Shown: positions 8,991-11,485 of the stretch, in pieces | How positions within the stretch are numbered: the first letter of the stretch is position 1 | How the letters are laid out: each line of letters begins with the position of its first letter | Source of the DNA: Myxococcota bacterium | GTDB lineage: Bacteria; Myxococcota_A; SURF-8; G963663525 | Assembly (NCBI GenBank): GCA_963676915.2 | Contig: CAXXVK010000032.1 | Span: 1-11,485, forward strand | Length of the DNA stretch: 11,485 nt | Direction of reading: 5' to 3' | Notes under the pieces: generated by a model | Told to the model about the DNA's origin: nothing | Database searches by the model: none | What the model saw: only the letters and a program-made list of their open reading frames with translations | Translations under genes and position numbers: made by a program

Positions 8991-9433
8991 TGGAGTTTTT
9001 GCCGTTGTCCGTGGGGATCGGACTGGTTGTCGGGTTGCTTTTTACGGAAATGTTCGGGATTGCCACTGGCGGTCTGATCGTTCCCGGCTACATTGCTCTG
9101 GCACTGCATCGACCATTTGATATTGTCGTAACGTTGGGAGCTTCTTTTATTACGTTGGGAATCGTTCGGGCTTTGTCCACGTTTTTGATCATCTACGGAA
9201 GACGCCGAACGGCACTCATGATTCTCATTGGTTATACCATCGGAATGTTGGCCAATGAATGGCCTGGGGCGACTCGTTTGGAATACGATGTGATCGGGTT
9301 CATCATTCCGGGTTTGGTTGCCATTTGGATGGATCGTCAAGGGATACTTCAGACGTTGGCGTCGTTGACCATCGTTTCGATTATCGTCAGGCTGATTCTT
9401 ATCCTGATCATCGGTCAGGAGATCCTGTCATGA
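8987..9433 (+). CDS. pgsC: Poly-gamma-glutamate biosynthesis membrane protein PgsC/CapC
   Basis: 148-aa hydrophobic protein with GLVVGLLFTEMFGIATGGLIVPGYIAL, IYGRRR and IGFIIPGLVAIWMDRQG motifs. Translationally coupled to pgsB and pgsW. Confidence 0.95.
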   Translation: MMEFLPLSVGIGLVVGLLFTEMFGIATGGLIVPGYIALALHRPFDIVVTLGASFITLGIVRALSTFLIIYGRRRTALMILIGYTIGMLANEWPGATRLEYDVIGFIIPGLVAIWMDRQGILQTLASLTIVSIIVRLILILIIGQEILS

Positions 9434-10585
9434 AAAAGCTATACTGGCGTCCACAACGGATCTCTCTGAAATTGTTATGGATTGTTACTTTTGTGGCAGT
9501 AATCGGCTGTTGTTGCTTGTCGAGAATTACACCGTAAAGGAAAAGCAGCCGTATTATTCGAAGAAAATCAAAGCCGCGCGTCTTGCACAACAGGCGTTCG
9601 ATGTCGTTAGGCAGGAAAAGGCTTCGGAAAAACCTCCCCATCGATCCGGAATCCGATCCGGCTCAGACGGGGTTGATCGGAGAGCTGCTTTCGCCTTTGA
9701 CGACCAATCCCGGTCATTTGCCCGCCAAGCAGACCTCTGCCAATCCGAACTTTTCGGCAGTGATTATCCATTTGTTGAAACGTGCCGGAGTAAAAGAGGG
9801 CGATAAAGTAGCTGTCGGTTTCTCGGGTTCCTTTCCGGCGCTTAATATCTGTGTATTGGCGGCCATAGATACACTCAAAGCCGATCCGATCGTTATCTCC
9901 AGTGCGGGATCTTCCCAGTGGGGAGCGAATCATCCGGATTTTATGTGGCCTGATATGGAAAAACTGCTCCATGAAAAACATGTATTTCCCTACAGATCCG
10001 TTTGTGATCTCACGTGGCGGAATCGATGATCGGGCTTTGGGGATGCCGAAAAGCGCTCGTAAGGCGTTGGATAAAGTAATTGAACGCAGTGGCGTGCCGA
10101 TGCTCGAAACAGCCAATTATGCCGAGTCGGTCGAAACAGCGCATGGCGATATACAGCGAATATTCCAGCGATGCGGACATTGCAGCTTATGTGAACGTCG
10201 GAGGTGGTACGACTTCCGTTGGAACGAAGGTCGGCTAAAAGAATGTTCAAACCGGGGACTGAATCGCTCCATTCCACGCGGAGATGTGGATATCGATTCG
10301 ATCATGACCCGTTTCGTTCTCGATGGGATTTCCGGTGATTCACTTATCCAAAATTCGAGTGCTTGCGGAAAAAATACGGTTTGCCGTTGCAGCCGATAAT
10401 GACACCAAAGATCGGTGAAGGGAAAATCTTTTATAAAAAAGTGCATAGCTACAGCCTAACGGCGGGAGTTTTATTCGTAATAGTCGGGCTTTCTCGTGGC
10501 GTTTATTCGTTTGGATTGGGGATACCGGTTCTTCAGTTCCGGTAGAAAGGAAACTTACTCCTCCCATCCTGAACACATGGTCTGA
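9430..10585 (+). CDS. pgsW: Poly-gamma-glutamate system protein (PgsW family), about 9 frameshifts
   Basis: Stitched: MKKLYWRP plus an N-terminal TM, then IDPESDPAQTGLIG...LTTNPGHLPAKQTSANPNF...GDKVAVGFSGSFPALN...SSAGSSQWGAN...SRGGIDD...YVNVGGGTTSVG...PVIHL...YGLP, then a C-terminal TM ending HPEHMV* at 10585. The ATG overlaps the pgsC stop. Family assignment comes from recalled motifs and context. Confidence 0.85.
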
Positions 10586-10601
10586 CCAAGGGAAAAACTT
10601 A

Positions 10602-10660
10602 GTGGTTACGGGTTTCGAAAGCTGGAAAACAGCTCGATTGTCCATGTCGATCCTAACCAC
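10602..10660 (+). other. Structured intergenic RNA element upstream of speD
   Basis: GTGGTTA (10602-10608) pairs with TAACCAC (10654-10660), extended by GGG/TCC and TCGA/TCGA. It encloses the hairpin AGCTG-GAAAA-CAGCT (10620-10634). No U-tract follows, and it ends 8 nt before the SD. Confidence 0.5.
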
Positions 10661-10685
10661 ATTCATCGAAGGAGACAGGGGAACA

Positions 10686-11107
10686 TTGAAAGAACTGGGT
10701 AAGCACGTTTATCGTGGAAATGTACGAATGCGATTCCGAAAAATTGAATGATTACGACACGATTCGAACCAGCATGCTGGAAGCTGCAGACATCGCCGGG
10801 GCCACCATCGTGGGCGAGGACGTTCCATCGGTTCGCACCGCACGGCGTATCCGGGGTGGTGGTGATCGCCGAATCGCATCTGTCCATTCATACGTGGCCT
10901 GAGTATGGGTATGCCGCATTGGATCTGTTTACCTGCGGTCACAGCGTCGATCCTTGGAAGGCTTTTGCGCATCTTCGAGACAAGTTGGGAGCCGGTCAGG
11001 TATCCCAGGTTGAAATGAAGCGCGGCCTGTTCCCCATGGTGAATGGCCAACCGCTGCCATTCAAACCGGAGCTGAAATCCTCTTGCTGGAGTGAAAGCAA
11101 TGCTTGA
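10686..11107 (+). CDS. speD: S-adenosylmethionine decarboxylase proenzyme (short class 1B, SpeD/SpeH), 2 frameshifts
   Basis: TTG start MKELGKHV/IVEMYEC...[45 protein letters not shown] contains the E|S pyruvoyl cleavage site, HTWPE and FTCG. Extra bases near 10709 and 10818. Confidence 0.95.
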
Positions 11108-11485
11108 TTATCACCCTACACATTTTCTTCTTTGTCGTGGAGGTTCCGAGGGCGTATACGCCGCTCAACGCTTTCGATGCCGCATTGCTTGAAGCTGGAG
11201 TCGGCAATACGAATTTGATGAAAATGTCGAGTATTCTCCCTCCGGGTTTGACCAGGAAGAATTCCAGCCACCTTCGCTCCCGGCGGATTTTTACCCATCG
11301 CCTATGCTTCGATTACTTCGGTTACGCCGCAGGAAGTGATCTCGGCGGTGTGTCGCCGTGGCCATTCCCGAAGATGTCAGCAAGCCGGGTGTGATCATGG
11401 AATACAGCGCACGCGGACATGCCGAGGATGTAGAACGTATTGTGCGTTCCATGGCAGAAGAGGCGCTAAAATATCGGAATTGGCC
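11100..11485 (+). CDS. pdaD: Pyruvoyl-dependent arginine decarboxylase (PdaD/AaxB family), truncated by window end, frameshifted
   Basis: [48 protein letters not shown] (S|S cleavage motif)...[10 protein letters not shown]...[11 protein letters not shown]...GVIMEY...[17 protein letters not shown] at 11088-11091, and the start overlaps the speD end. Confidence 0.92.

Noticed and set aside
10586-10685. SAM-I riboswitch or intrinsic terminator before speD
   Set aside because: Lacks the SAM-I core (ATC..GAG, GCAACC, GTGC) and has no U-tract after the stem; kept only as an unassigned structure.
7790-11485. Programmed ribosomal frameshifting (antizyme-like) in speD, pdaD or pgs genes
   Set aside because: Breaks are too many, affect unrelated genes including catalase and marR, and lack consistent slippery sites. 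Sequencing error is more parsimonious.

Overview
Bacterial chromosomal segment of about 50% GC. The gene content and a sigma54/IHF promoter suggest a deltaproteobacteria-like lineage, but that is inference. Left arm, minus strand: a monofunctional heme catalase that runs off the window start, and a MarR-family regulator. The regulator is divergent from an intact RND efflux pair (periplasmic adaptor plus AcrB/MdtB-type permease) with no outer-membrane factor in the window. Right arm, plus strand, follows a strong sigma54 (-24/-12) motif, a perfect-consensus IHF site and candidate enhancer repeats. It encodes a small unknown beta-rich protein, an HU with a histone-H1-like Lys/Ala N-terminal tail, the poly-gamma-glutamate genes pgsB-pgsC-pgsW, then S-adenosylmethionine decarboxylase (speD) and pyruvoyl-dependent arginine decarboxylase (pdaD, truncated at the window end). 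Genes at both ends carry many single-base indels, mostly insertions, with catalytic motifs intact, while 2275-7707 is clean. This looks like long-read sequencing error rather than pseudogenisation. The most interesting signal is a polyanion synthase (PgsBCW) sitting co-oriented with polyamine synthesis genes and a polycationic HU behind a sigma54 promoter, with a structured RNA leader ahead of a TTG-start speD.
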